A stretch of 64,000 nt of DNA from the NCBI GenBank assembly GCA_963810635.1, contig CAWEOB010000008.1:181382-245381 (forward strand), in the 5' to 3' direction. Positions 52,131 through 61,387 of this stretch are shown in pieces (within the stretch, counting starts at the first letter, position 1; the number at the start of each line of letters is the position of its first letter). The position numbers and the translations under genes are program-made. This stretch comes from an uncultured Actinomycetes bacterium (GTDB taxonomy: Bacteria > Actinomycetota > UBA4738 > HRBIN12). A model generated the notes under the pieces. It had not been told where the DNA came from, did no database searches, and saw only the letters and a program-made list of their open reading frames with translations.

Positions 52131-52625
52131 TCAGCCGAGCGACACCGCGACCTGCTCGAGGTGGTCCCACGCTTCCTGCATGCCACCTTCCATGCCGGAG
52201 TTCAGGACCATGTCACGGATCTCCTTGCTCGGGTGATCCACGAGCAGCGTGAGGGTGGTGCGCCCGTCCTCCTCCGTGAACGTGTACGTGCACACCACGT
52301 CCCCCTCCGTTTCGGGCGCGCCCTCGTAGACCTCGGTCGTGACGACGCGCTCGTTGGGAACGATCTCCCGGTACTCACCGTGGAACGCCACCTCGAACCC
52401 CGCGTTCGCCTTCATGACGTAACGCCATGTGCCGCCGACGCGAAGATCGACCTCGACGCTCGTGACCTCCCCCCGGTCTCCGCTCCACCAGCGTTCGATG
52501 AGCTCGGGCGTGGTCCAGGCCTTGTAGACCAGATGCTTGGGCGCGTCGAAGTCCCGCGTGATGAGGATCTGCGTGTCCGTCGGGAGCGTCACCAGAGCTG
52601 TGCCACTACTCGTCACCGCCACCAT
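52131..52625 (-). CDS. SRPBCC / AHSA1 (Aha1-like) domain protein
   Basis: ITRDFDAPKHLVYKAWTTPELIERWW...GGTWRYVM.... Overlaps the upstream ArsR gene, a common pairing. Confidence 0.7.
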   Translation of the reverse strand: MVAVTSSGTALVTLPTDTQILITRDFDAPKHLVYKAWTTPELIERWWSGDRGEVTSVEVDLRVGGTWRYVMKANAGFEVAFHGEYREIVPNERVVTTEVYEGAPETEGDVVCTYTFTEEDGRTTLTLLVDHPSKEIRDMVLNSGMEGGMQEAWDHLEQVAVSLG

Positions 52626-52974
52626 CTCCTTCCTCGTGCTCCTTGAGTTCCTCCAACACGGCGTCCAACCGTTCGAAGCGCTCCGACCACGACCGCTCGT
52701 AATGCTTCACCCAGTCGTGGATGGGCTTCAGCGACTGACCGTTGAGGCGGTAGATCCGCTGCCTCCCTTCATCGCGGACGTCCACGAGCCCCACCTCCCG
52801 CAACACCCGCAGGTGTTTGGACACCAGCGGCTGCGTCATCCCGAGCTGCGCCACGAGATCATTCACCGGCCGTTCCCCGCCGATGAGGACATCGAGGATC
52901 TGACGACGCCGAGGCTCCGCCACCGCGTTGAACGCATCCGCCGTGGTCGCCGCCCGTGCCATGAGCCCGACCAT
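52606..52974 (-). CDS. ArsR/SmtB family transcriptional regulator
   Basis: FNAVAEPRRRQILDVLIGGERPVNDLVAQLGMTQPLVSKHLRVLREVGLV. An alternative start is the ATG at 52962. Confidence 0.8.
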   Translation of the reverse strand: MVGLMARAATTADAFNAVAEPRRRQILDVLIGGERPVNDLVAQLGMTQPLVSKHLRVLREVGLVDVRDEGRQRIYRLNGQSLKPIHDWVKHYERSWSERFERLDAVLEELKEHEEGDGGGDE

Positions 52975-52990
52975 ATATGTCTATATAGGT
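52971..52990. promoter_or_regulatory. AT-rich dyad-symmetric segment at the ArsR start (candidate operator / -10 region)
   Basis: ccatatatgtctatataggt. It contains the self-complementary octamers CATATATG and CTATATAG and stands out in DNA that is otherwise about 70% GC. Confidence 0.4.
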
Positions 52991-53080
52991 ATGCGTCAAG
53001 ACTCCTGAGCGAACCCATCGCCTGACCTGCGGTCATCTCTTCGGCTAGGATCCGTCCCACACCGGGGCGATGGAGGTCGG

Positions 53081-53746
53081 ATGCCCGAACAGCGGTCACC
53101 GCGCAGGAGCGCGCGCACCGAGGCGAAGCGCCAAGCGATCGTGGAGTGCGCGATGCGCCACTTCGCTGCAGATGGCTACGCGGGGGCACGGATCGACGAC
53201 ATGGCGGCGGAGCTCGGGATCGCGAAGGGCTCGGTCTTCCAGCACTTCGGGTCGAAGGCGGGCCTGTTCCTGGCGGCGTTCCAGCGAGCCACCACCTCGC
53301 TCCCCCGTTGGCTCGACGCGCCCGACCGCGTGAAGGCCGAGGGCTTCTTCGCCGTGATCCGCTACTGGTACGACCGCTCGCAGCACCTCATCGAGGAGGA
53401 CTTCGTGCCGTACCGGGTCTGGATGATCGGGGTGTCCGGCACGGATCTGGCCCTCAAACGAGAGATCACCCGGTACCTCGTGAGCGAGGACCCGGAGGGA
53501 ACCGTCGAGTTCGTGGAGTGGGGCCAGGAGCGTGGCGACATCCGCGCCGACGTGGAGCTCGACGCCATCGTCTCGATGGTGGACTGGGTCTCGAACTCCC
53601 TGCAGGACGCCCTCGTCACCGAGGAGCTCGACCCCGGCCTGTTCCACCGGCTCCGGGAGCAGCCGGATCGTCAGCGAGCCCGCCTCGACCAGTTCGTGCT
53701 GCTCCTGGAGAGCGCCCTGGCCGCTCCACCGGCTCGACCCGCCTGA
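53081..53746 (+). CDS. TetR/AcrR family transcriptional regulator
   Basis: AIVECAMRHFAADGYAGARIDDMAAELGIAKGSVFQHFGSKAGLF. Confidence 0.8.
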   Translation: MPEQRSPRRSARTEAKRQAIVECAMRHFAADGYAGARIDDMAAELGIAKGSVFQHFGSKAGLFLAAFQRATTSLPRWLDAPDRVKAEGFFAVIRYWYDRSQHLIEEDFVPYRVWMIGVSGTDLALKREITRYLVSEDPEGTVEFVEWGQERGDIRADVELDAIVSMVDWVSNSLQDALVTEELDPGLFHRLREQPDRQRARLDQFVLLLESALAAPPARPA

Positions 53747-53774
53747 CGGGTGAGCGCCGCATCAGCATCCGCGG

Positions 53775-54464
53775 TCAGTCAGTCAAGGGCGGAATGACCT
53801 CGATCCCTTCCGCGACGAAGCGACGTCCTTCGCATGTCGTGGTCACCCGCAAGGACCCGCCTCCCCAGAGGGACTCCTCGATATCCTCCTGCGTGATCGG
53901 CACGCCGAGGCTGGGCGGCACGACGATGAGCGATACTCGGTGTTCTCGTATCGCCGAGCCGATGACTCCGCGACCAGCAGTTCCACCTGATACGGCGGCA
54001 CGGGATCCGGTTCCGTGTTCGCATCCGGGCCGGGGATCGACAACCACGGTTCCGCTACGTAGATCGGCGAGAGCTCGGGATCGCATCGCGGCATCGTGAA
54101 GTAGCGGTCGAGCGCGGCAGGGTAGTGGTCGAGATCTGCGCTCACGTAGATGACCTCGGGGTCCTCCGTGTCGACGACCGCCCGACGCGGTTCAACGCCC
54201 GGAAGCCGCGCAACCTCGTTCCAGAGGTCACGGAGCGTTTCGGACTGTCCCGTGAAGCATCCGGGGATCCTCGATCCGTCCCACGGCCTCGCCGGGGGCC
54301 GGGTGCACGATCGCATTCTGCACCGAGTACTCGCGGCCTTCGAAGAAGGCAACCTCGTAGCACGGGTCGACCACGCCCGGTGGTGCCGTCGCCGAGCGTC
54401 CGCCGCTGCACGCCGCGACGACGACAACCGGAAGGAGCAGCGGAACGACGGTTCGGAGTCCCAC
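53775..54464 (-). CDS. Hypothetical lipoprotein, three fragments (apparent shifts near 54250-54262 and 53935-53950)
   Basis: Lipobox-like MGLRTVVPLLLPVVVVAACSG. Fragments 54228..54464, part of 53843..54751 and 53775..54086 each have coding-like composition and abut one another. The joins are inferred. Confidence 0.4.
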
Positions 54465-54617
54465 GGGACAAGGATGCGCCCAAACGCAAGGAGGTTCCAG
54501 GCAACCTCCGGCGCGGGTCCTCTCGCGGCCAGGACGCCCGCGCCACGGGCGGACAGGGGATCGTGCCGGGAAGCGGCCAGGGCAGGTCCGGACGTCCGGC
54601 GACGATTCGGGGGTCGC

Positions 54618-55127
54618 TCACTCGATCTGACGGTTCTCGCGCGGGATCTTCCGCAGCGCGTCGTCGGCGTCCTCGTTCGTGACAACCTTCCGCCGGTAGT
54701 TCCGGAGCGCGAAGCGGTCGCAGGCCGTCTCGGCCCGTGACTTCCGCCCAAGTTCCTCCTTCAGGTACCAGTGCATCCACTCGTGCAGGTACAGGAACCG
54801 GAGCACCTCGCGCGGGGTGCGGAAGGTGAGCCCCTCGGTGAGCCAGATGAAGCGCATCCCCTTGCCGGGACGCCGCTTCGCCGCGTACGGGACGATCTCG
54901 CCGAACGGGTGGAACGGCTCCGGGACCTGCAACACGATCCTCCGCGTGTCGAACTCGGTCCAGGCCGAAAGGTGCGGCCGGTCCCGGTAGCGGAGCGGCT
55001 TCACGTGGAGGCGGTAGCCGGGCGCATCGGGCAGGCCGGTCAGCGCCCTTCGCACCCGCTCGGGCGGCAGGTCGGGGAGCTCCGAGGTCGTGCGCACGAA
55101 CGGCAGCCTACGGGCGTCCGCCGACAC
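54618..55127 (-). CDS. Hypothetical protein with an HExxH motif (possible small zinc metallopeptidase-like protein)
   Basis: 169-aa ORF. FLYLHEWMHWYL contains HEWMH. I did not recognize a family. Confidence 0.5.
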   Translation of the reverse strand: MSADARRLPFVRTTSELPDLPPERVRRALTGLPDAPGYRLHVKPLRYRDRPHLSAWTEFDTRRIVLQVPEPFHPFGEIVPYAAKRRPGKGMRFIWLTEGLTFRTPREVLRFLYLHEWMHWYLKEELGRKSRAETACDRFALRNYRRKVVTNEDADDALRKIPRENRQIE

Positions 55128-55189
55128 GGCCAGCCGCCCGGGGTCTCTCTCCCGGCAACGGGGCCTTCCTCGATAGCATCGGCGCCCAC

Positions 55190-55900
55190 ATGGCGGAGGA
55201 GCGCAGCTACCGGCACGGCGTGCGCGCCGTCCTGCCCCTGTCCGTCGCCGTGCTCGGGTTCGGCATCTCCTACGGGGTGCTGGCGGTGGGGGCCGGCATG
55301 GGAACGGCGGCGCCGATCGTGATGTCGGTCACCACCTTCGCGGGGTCGGCCCAGTTCGCTGCCGCGTCGGTGCTCGGCGCAGCCGGCACCGCCGCCACCG
55401 CCATCCTGGCCGCCGTCCTGCTGAACGCCCGCTACCTCCCGATCGGGATCACGGTCGCGCCGTGGATCACCGGCGGCTTCTGGTCCCGCCTCCTCCACGC
55501 CCACCTCACCGTGGACGAGACCTGGGCGGTCGCGGCGGAGGGGCAGGGCCGATGGAACCCGCAGGTGTTGATCGGCGCGGGGGTCGTCCTGTGGCTCGCG
55601 TGGGTCGGCGGCACGGTGGCCGGCGTCCTGTTCGGCGATGTGATCGGCGACCCGAACCGGTGGGGACTGGACGCGGCCTTCCCCGCCCTGTTCCTGGCCC
55701 TGCTCGCACCGCAGGTGCGCGACGCTCGGCCGGCTGCCGCGTCGCGGCGCCGACTCCGGGACCGGCCCACGCTCCTGGCGGCGATCGGCGGCGCCACGAT
55801 CGCCCTGATCCTCACGCCGTTCACGCCCGCGGGCGTCCCGATCGTCGCAGCCAGCCTCGCGTGCCTGCCGGGGCTGTTCAGGAAGCCGGCGTCGCCATGA
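55190..55900 (+). CDS. azlC: AzlC family branched-chain amino acid export permease
   Basis: GVRAVLPLSVAVLGFGISYGVLA...TFAGSAQFAA. Confidence 0.8.
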   Translation: MAEERSYRHGVRAVLPLSVAVLGFGISYGVLAVGAGMGTAAPIVMSVTTFAGSAQFAAASVLGAAGTAATAILAAVLLNARYLPIGITVAPWITGGFWSRLLHAHLTVDETWAVAAEGQGRWNPQVLIGAGVVLWLAWVGGTVAGVLFGDVIGDPNRWGLDAAFPALFLALLAPQVRDARPAAASRRRLRDRPTLLAAIGGATIALILTPFTPAGVPIVAASLACLPGLFRKPASP

Positions 55901-56220
55901 GCCAGGTCTGGACGGTCGTCGTCGTCACCGGCATCGCGACGCTCGCGATCAAGGCCGCCGGTCCGGTCCTGCTGGGTGGCCGGCCGCTCCCGGCACGTCT
56001 CGACGGCGTCGTGACGCTGCTCGGACCGGCGTTGCTCGCCGCCCTCGTCGCGGTCAGCACGTTCGCCGTGAGCACTCCGGACGGTCAGGAACTGGTCCTC
56101 GACGCCCGGGTGCTCGGTGTCGCGGCCGCTGCGGTCGCGATCCGCTTCAAAGCCCCGGTGCTGCTGGTGGTCGTGATCGCCGCCGCCGTGACGGCCTCCG
56201 CTCGCGCGATCGCCGGTTGA
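55897..56220 (+). CDS. azlD: AzlD family protein
   Basis: ATG 55897 overlaps the azlC stop (ATGA). A 107-aa hydrophobic protein, MSQVWTVVVVTGIATLAIKAAGPVLLGG.... Confidence 0.7.
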   Translation: MSQVWTVVVVTGIATLAIKAAGPVLLGGRPLPARLDGVVTLLGPALLAALVAVSTFAVSTPDGQELVLDARVLGVAAAAVAIRFKAPVLLVVVIAAAVTASARAIAG

Positions 56221-57352
56221 TAGCCTCGCGCCCTGTGACGCGCTATCGCGACCTGGGTCTCACGGTCGGGATGCTCCCGACCGGCCCGCTCAACGCCATC
56301 ACCGATATCGACGGCGTGTCCGTGGGGACGACCACCGTGATCGCGGGCGACGGTCCGTTGGTGGTGGGACAGGGGCCGGTCCGCACCGGGGTCACCGTGG
56401 TGATTTCCCATCCGGAGATCGGCGCGCACCCCGTCTTCGCCGGCTGCCATCGGCTGAACGGCAACGGTGAGATGACGGGGCTCGAATGGGTCCGCGAGTC
56501 GGGCACACTCACGACGCCGGTGGCGATCACGAACACGCACAGCGTCGGCATCGTCCGCGACGCCTTGGTCGCCCACGAGCTCGGTCTCCGCGACGACGCC
56601 ACCTCGTACTGGAGCCTCCCGGTCGTGGCCGAGACCTACGACGGCGGCCTCAACGACATCAACGGCATGCACGTGACGGCCGCGCATCTCCATCAGGCGA
56701 TCGCGGTGGCGGCCGGAGGGCCGGTGCCGGAGGGCAACGTCGGCGGCGGCACCGGGATGATCTGCCACGGGTTCAAGGGTGGTACGGGCACCGCGTCGCG
56801 GATCGCGGGTGGCTGGCGCGTCGGCGCGCTGGTCCAGGCGAACCATGGCCGGCGGGAACGCCTGTCGGTCGACGGCGTCCCGGTCGGGAAGGAGATCGGC
56901 ACGGATGTCGATCCCCGATGCCTGGGACCAGGTCGACGCCCTGGCCGGCGGGTCCGGCTCGATCATCGTCGTGCTCGCCACGGATGCTCCGCTCCTCCCC
57001 CATCAGCTCGATCGCCTCGCGCAGCGCGCGGTGATCGGGATCGGCCGGGTGGGCGGTGGTGGTGAGCACTCGAGCGGTGACCTGATCCTCGCGTTCTCGA
57101 CCGCGAACCGCGACGCGCTCCAGAGCTCGAAGATCGAGCAGCCGCCGGACGCCGTGGCGATCGCGATGCTGCCGGACGGGGCCGTCTCCGACCTCTTCTG
57201 GGCCGCGATCGAGGCGACCGAGGAGGCGATCGCTGAACGCGCTCGTCGCTGCCGAGACGATGACCGGCCGCGACGCGATCACGGCGCACGCCCTCCCGCA
57301 TGACACGCTCGTCGAGGTCATGACCCGGTACGGACGCGGCCCCTCAGGTTGA
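56217..57352 (+). CDS. DmpA / peptidase S58 (P1) family aminopeptidase, three fragments (apparent shifts near 56900-56912 and 57238-57244)
   Basis: NAITDIDGVSVG...RTGVTVV...NGNGEMTG...ITNTHSVG...GGGTGMICHGFKGGTG. The second frame reads GSGSIIVVLATDAPLL...IGRVGGGGEHSSGDLILAFS. The third frame reads LNALVAAETMTGRDAITAHALP..., ending at TGA 57350-57352. Confidence 0.7.
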
Positions 57353-57376
57353 CGCGGGCGCGGGCTCGACGTCGAC

Positions 57377-58410
57377 CTACGTGAAGGCGGCGATCTCGGC
57401 GCGGAGCTCGGCGCGGTCCGCAGCGCTCCCCGCCGTGAACGACGGCGTGTAGACCTCGACGTACTCGGCGTGCATCGTGCGCGCATCGTCGAAGACCGCC
57501 GACCAGTCGTAGCGCTCCGGCTGGAGCATCTGGGCGGCACGACGCGGCGGCGCCGGATCGTGGAGCAGCGGCGAGGTGTGGTCGCTGAGGTTGTTCGCCA
57601 GCAGGACCATCCGGCCCCGCCGCGGGTGGTTCATCACCCGGCGCATCAGGTCGACGTACATCTGCCCCGGGACGAACCCGGCCCACGGGAACTCCACGTG
57701 CATCCTCGCGGGTGCTCACCCGGAACCCGTGGTTCAACAGACGGAGGTGGGTGTTCCGCGCCTGCCGCGTACGAGTACCCGGGTTCGTTGAACATCTGGT
57801 CCACCACGCCCATCTCGGACCACACCAACCCGGGCCACGCCAGGTGGAGCAGCGCGAGGTGATGGCGCCTCGACCATCGGGCGAGATGGTCGACCAGTCG
57901 CGTCCAGCCGCGCTCGAAGATCCGATTCGGACCGCCGGAGCGGTTGAACGGCAGCGGCACGAGCTGGCCCGCGCCCACGCCGAACGTCTCCGACCCGTCG
58001 TAGACGAAGGAGTTGCCGCGCCAGAACCGAGGTGTATACGAGCCCGCGATGAAGCGGACCGAGAGCTCCTTCGGCCGGGCGATCCGCAGGGCGCGTCGCA
58101 GGACCCGGAAGTCGTAGTGGCCCTTCCGTCGCTCCAGCAGCGTCCACGGGACCCGGAGCGAGAGTCCGGTCACACCCCGCACACGGAGGGCCGCCTCCAG
58201 CTCCGGGCGCAGCCGCCCGAGTTGGCTGCGCGACATGACCTGCTGGAGGACCCAGGTCCCCTGGACGCGGTGGCGAGCACGCGCCATGGCGCCTCGCTCC
58301 ACGGGACGCGGCGATGCCTCCGTCGACGTGAGGGTGGTGGCGAGGAGGAGGACGAGAACCGCCGCGGCGAGCCATCGGGGGTGGTTCCGCACCGCCCCAT
58401 CCAACCACAT
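57377..58410 (-). CDS. Hypothetical secreted/membrane-anchored protein, possibly a glycoside-hydrolase-like TIM barrel, three fragments (apparent shifts near 57760-57775 and 57700-57712)
   Basis: N-terminal anchor RWLAAAVLVLLLATTLT. LRVPWTLLERRKGHYDFRVLRRALRIA resembles the GH42/GH5-type W..lE...G.ydf pattern, but weakly. The fragments are ORFs 57646..58410, 57318..57737 and 57377..57703. Confidence 0.4.
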
Positions 58411-58515
58411 GGGCCCTCGGGGTCACCACCCCGCCCCGGGCGCGACGATGCTGAGCGACGCCACTACCATCGGGTCGACGATCGACGGGAACCCGACGCA
58501 AGGGAGGGCACACCC

Positions 58516-58779
58516 ATGGACCAGGAACGGCCGGACGAGCTCACCGACGACGACATGCGGACCGAGATGCCCGGCGGCGGCACGCCGATGCCGGGCGGCG
58601 ACGGCCGTGACGGCGACGCGACCGACACCACCGACGGCGACGCGAAGGACGCGGACGGGACCGACTCGCAGGACGCCGACGGGACCGACGGCGACGCGAC
58701 CGACACCACCGATGGCGACGCGAAGGACGCGGACGGGACCGACTCGCAGGACGCCGACGGGACCGACGCCGCGTCGTGA
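58516..58779 (+). CDS. Small (87 aa) Asp/Thr/Gly-rich acidic protein with an internal tandem repeat
   Basis: ATG 58516 follows AGGGAGGG. In-frame third-position GC is near 100%. By my count 27 of 87 residues are Asp. The stop TGA 58777-58779 overlaps the GTG (58776) of the next gene. Confidence 0.55.
   Translation: MDQERPDELTDDDMRTEMPGGGTPMPGGDGRDGDATDTTDGDAKDADGTDSQDADGTDGDATDTTDGDAKDADGTDSQDADGTDAAS
58612..58767 (+). repeat. Tandem duplication, 2 x 78 bp, with one synonymous mismatch (58635 C versus 58713 T)
   Basis: Units 58612-58689 and 58690-58767 were read and aligned by eye. Each encodes GDATDTTDGDAKDADGTDSQDADGTD. Confidence 0.9.
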
Positions 58780-60006
58780 GCATCACGACGCGGCGTCGCG
58801 AGGACGTCGCGCCGAGCCCGCTCGAACGCTGCACGGGTCGATCCGGAAGGGTTCCTGCGTGACACGTGGGGTCGCCGGGCCGCGGTCAGGCGGGGATCGT
58901 CGGCGGACGCCTTCGACGATCTCCTCACGCTCGACGACGTCGACCGCTTCCTGACGACGACGGCGCTGCGGACCCCGTTCTTCCGTCTGGTGAAGGCCGG
59001 CGAGCATCTCGACGAGGCGTCGTACACGCGATCCGGCAGGGCCGGATCGCGTGAGGTGAGCGGCCTGACGGACCCCGCACGCGTCGCCGCCCTCTTCGAG
59101 GGCGGCGCCACCATCGTGCTCCAGGGCGTCCATCGATGGTGGGAGCCCGTCACCCGCTTCTGCCGGGACCTCGAGCTGGAGCTCGGTCATGCCTGCCAGG
59201 TGAACGCGTACATCACCCCGCCCGGCGCCCAGGGTCTGGCGCTGCACCACGACCCCCACGACGTCTTCGTGCTCCAGGCGTTCGGACGCAAGCGCTGGGA
59301 GGTGCACGCCGCGCCCGCCGAAGGCGATCGGCCGCCGCTCGACGTCACCGTGGGACCCGGCGACACCGTCTACCTGCCGACCGGCACGCCCCACGCCGCC
59401 TCCACCCAGGACGAGCTCTCCGGGCACCTGACCGTGGGCGTCCACGTCACCGCGTGGCGCGACGTCCTGACGGACGCCTGGGCGCTGGCCGCCGCCAACC
59501 CGTCGTTCGACGAGCCGGTGCCGGCCGGCTGGACCCGGGACCGCGAGGCGCTCGCGGGCGAGCTCGAGCGCCGGCTCGGCGATGCGGTCGGCGCGCTCGG
59601 TCGCGTGGATCCCGCAGCGGTGGTCGGCGCCCGCGCCGAGCGGTTCCTCTCGCATCGCGTTCAGCTCGCCCGCGGCACCATCGCCGAGCGCTCGGCCCCG
59701 CTCGGGGTCGACGACGACACGGTGGTCCGCCGCCGGCCGGGAGCGTTCTGCGAGGTCCTCGCCGGACCCGAGGACCTCGTCGTGCTCCTCGGCGACCGAC
59801 GCATCACCATGCCCAGCTGGTTGGAGCCGGCGATGCGGAGGATCGAGGCCACGCCGGAGCTGCGGGTGGGTGACCTCGCCGACGTCGTCGGCGAGGTCAC
59901 CAGCCGCCGCGTGCTCGTCCGGCGCCTGATCCGTGAGGGGCTCCTCACCGCGACGGCGAGGGAGACGGTCATCCAGGATCGTGGACGGCGTGGCGACGGC
60001 CGCTGA
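58776..60006 (+). CDS. JmjC / cupin-4 family Fe(II)/2-oxoglutarate oxygenase-like protein (apparent frameshift near 58834-58840)
   Basis: GTG 58776 gives MSITTRRREDVAPSPLERCTG. The next frame reads VDPEGFLRDTWGRRAAV...TPFFRLVKAGEHL...NAYITPPGAQGLALHHDPHDVFVLQAFGRKRWEV...YLPTGTPHAA (HxD...H triad), followed by a C-terminal winged-helix-like part. Confidence 0.7.
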
Positions 60007-60866
60007 CCGCTGCGTGCTGCGCAGCCTCGCCGCGGATGAACCCCTGCCCGGCACGGCGTCCACCATCCGTCGTTGGCTGCTCCTGGAGCACAAGGGTCCG
60101 TGGGGCGAGGAGCCCCTCCGGGAGGCGCGCCTCCCGCCCGGGCTCGCGCTCGCGTTGCAGGGGTGGGAGCGCCGGACGGGGGGACGGGTCCTGTTCATCC
60201 GCCGGGCCGGGAGCGGCCCGGCCCCCGCCACGCCCGCGTGCTACGCGGTGGACACCGCGGCCGCGTGGATCGGCGCCCGCCCGATCGCTCGTTTAGACGA
60301 TCTGATCCGGATCGACCCGTCCGACCGGACCGCGTTCCCCGACGCGGTCACCACGCCGGTCGTCGTCGTCTGCACGCACGGCCGGCGCGACGTGTGCTGC
60401 GCCGAGCGTGGCCGTCCGCTCGCCCGAGCGGCGGCGGAGGCCTTCCCGGACACGACCTGGGAGAGCACCCACGTGGGCGGCGACCGTTTCGCCGGCAACC
60501 TGGTCGCCTTCCCCCACGGCCTCTACTTCGGTCGCGTGGCACCGGAGCGCGGGCCGGAGGTGGTCGCCGCCTACGTCGAGGGCACGGATCATCCTCGACC
60601 TCTACCGAGGGCGGGCCTCCGACCCGATGCCGGTGCAGGCGGCCGACCACGCAGTCCGCGTGCATCTCGCGCTCGATGGTGTCGACGACGTCCGGCCCGA
60701 CGGCGTGGAGCGGCAGGGTGCCAGCGTCGTGGTGAGGCTCGCCACGCCGTCAGGCGTGGCGAGCGTCACGGTGGAGCGCGTCCTCGGCGACCCGATCCGG
60801 ATGACGTGCCACGCGGAGCGGGCGGAACGCCCGCCCGCGTGGCGCGTCACCGACCTCACCGTCTGA
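59981..60866 (+). CDS. Sucrase/ferredoxin-like (thioredoxin-like [2Fe-2S]) family protein (apparent frameshift near 60580-60588)
   Basis: EPLPGTASTIRRWLLLEHKGPWG...VVVCTHGRRDVCCAERG...THVGGDRFAGNLVAFPHGLYFGRV, then in the other frame RIILDLYRGRAS.... The GTG start (59981 or 59990) lies inside the 3' end of the cupin gene. Confidence 0.65.
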
Positions 60867-60886
60867 GGGCGCGGCCGGCTGAGGAG

Positions 60887-61276
60887 CTACGCGGTGGCGG
60901 CGGTGGAGGAGGCCGCCGAGAGCAGCGCGTCGACGGCTCGCGCGACATCGCGCGGATCGAACGGCTTGATCATGACCATGTCCGCGCCCCCGTCGAGACA
61001 GCGCTCGCGCTCGTCCGACATCGTCACGGCGGTGAGGATGAGGATCGGGACATGCTTCGTGGCCTCGCTCGACCGGAGGATCTCGAGCACGTCGTAGCCG
61101 TTCAGCGTCGGCATCATCAGGTCGAGGACGATCGCATCGGGGTTCTCCGAGCGTGCCATGGCGACACCGCGCTCACCACCGTCCGCGTACACGGTCTGGT
61201 GGCCGTTCGCCTCGAAGGCATACCGGAGGATGGTCCCGACGACCGTCTCGTCATCGATCACGAGCACCCGTGACAT
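60887..61276 (-). CDS. Single-domain CheY-like response regulator
   Basis: ATG 61276 follows GGAGG. MSRVLVIDDE...IVLDLMMPTLNG...ILILTA...MIKPFD. There is no output domain. Confidence 0.8.
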   Translation of the reverse strand: MSRVLVIDDETVVGTILRYAFEANGHQTVYADGGERGVAMARSENPDAIVLDLMMPTLNGYDVLEILRSSEATKHVPILILTAVTMSDERERCLDGGADMVMIKPFDPRDVARAVDALLSAASSTAATA

Positions 61277-61387
61277 GTGGCCTCCGCGGATTCCGCCGGC
61301 GGTTCCTCTCCAAGGACATCGGCTCGGAGGGGGTCGGCCTGAAGGTGGGGGTAAGCTCCCCTCCCCAAGGGCCGATCGGGGGACGCG

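Noticed and set aside
58612-58767. The tandem 78-bp repeat as a possible CRISPR array or minisatellite outside genes.
   Set aside because: There are only two directly abutting units with no spacers, they are in frame within a coding-like ORF, and no cas genes are present in the window.
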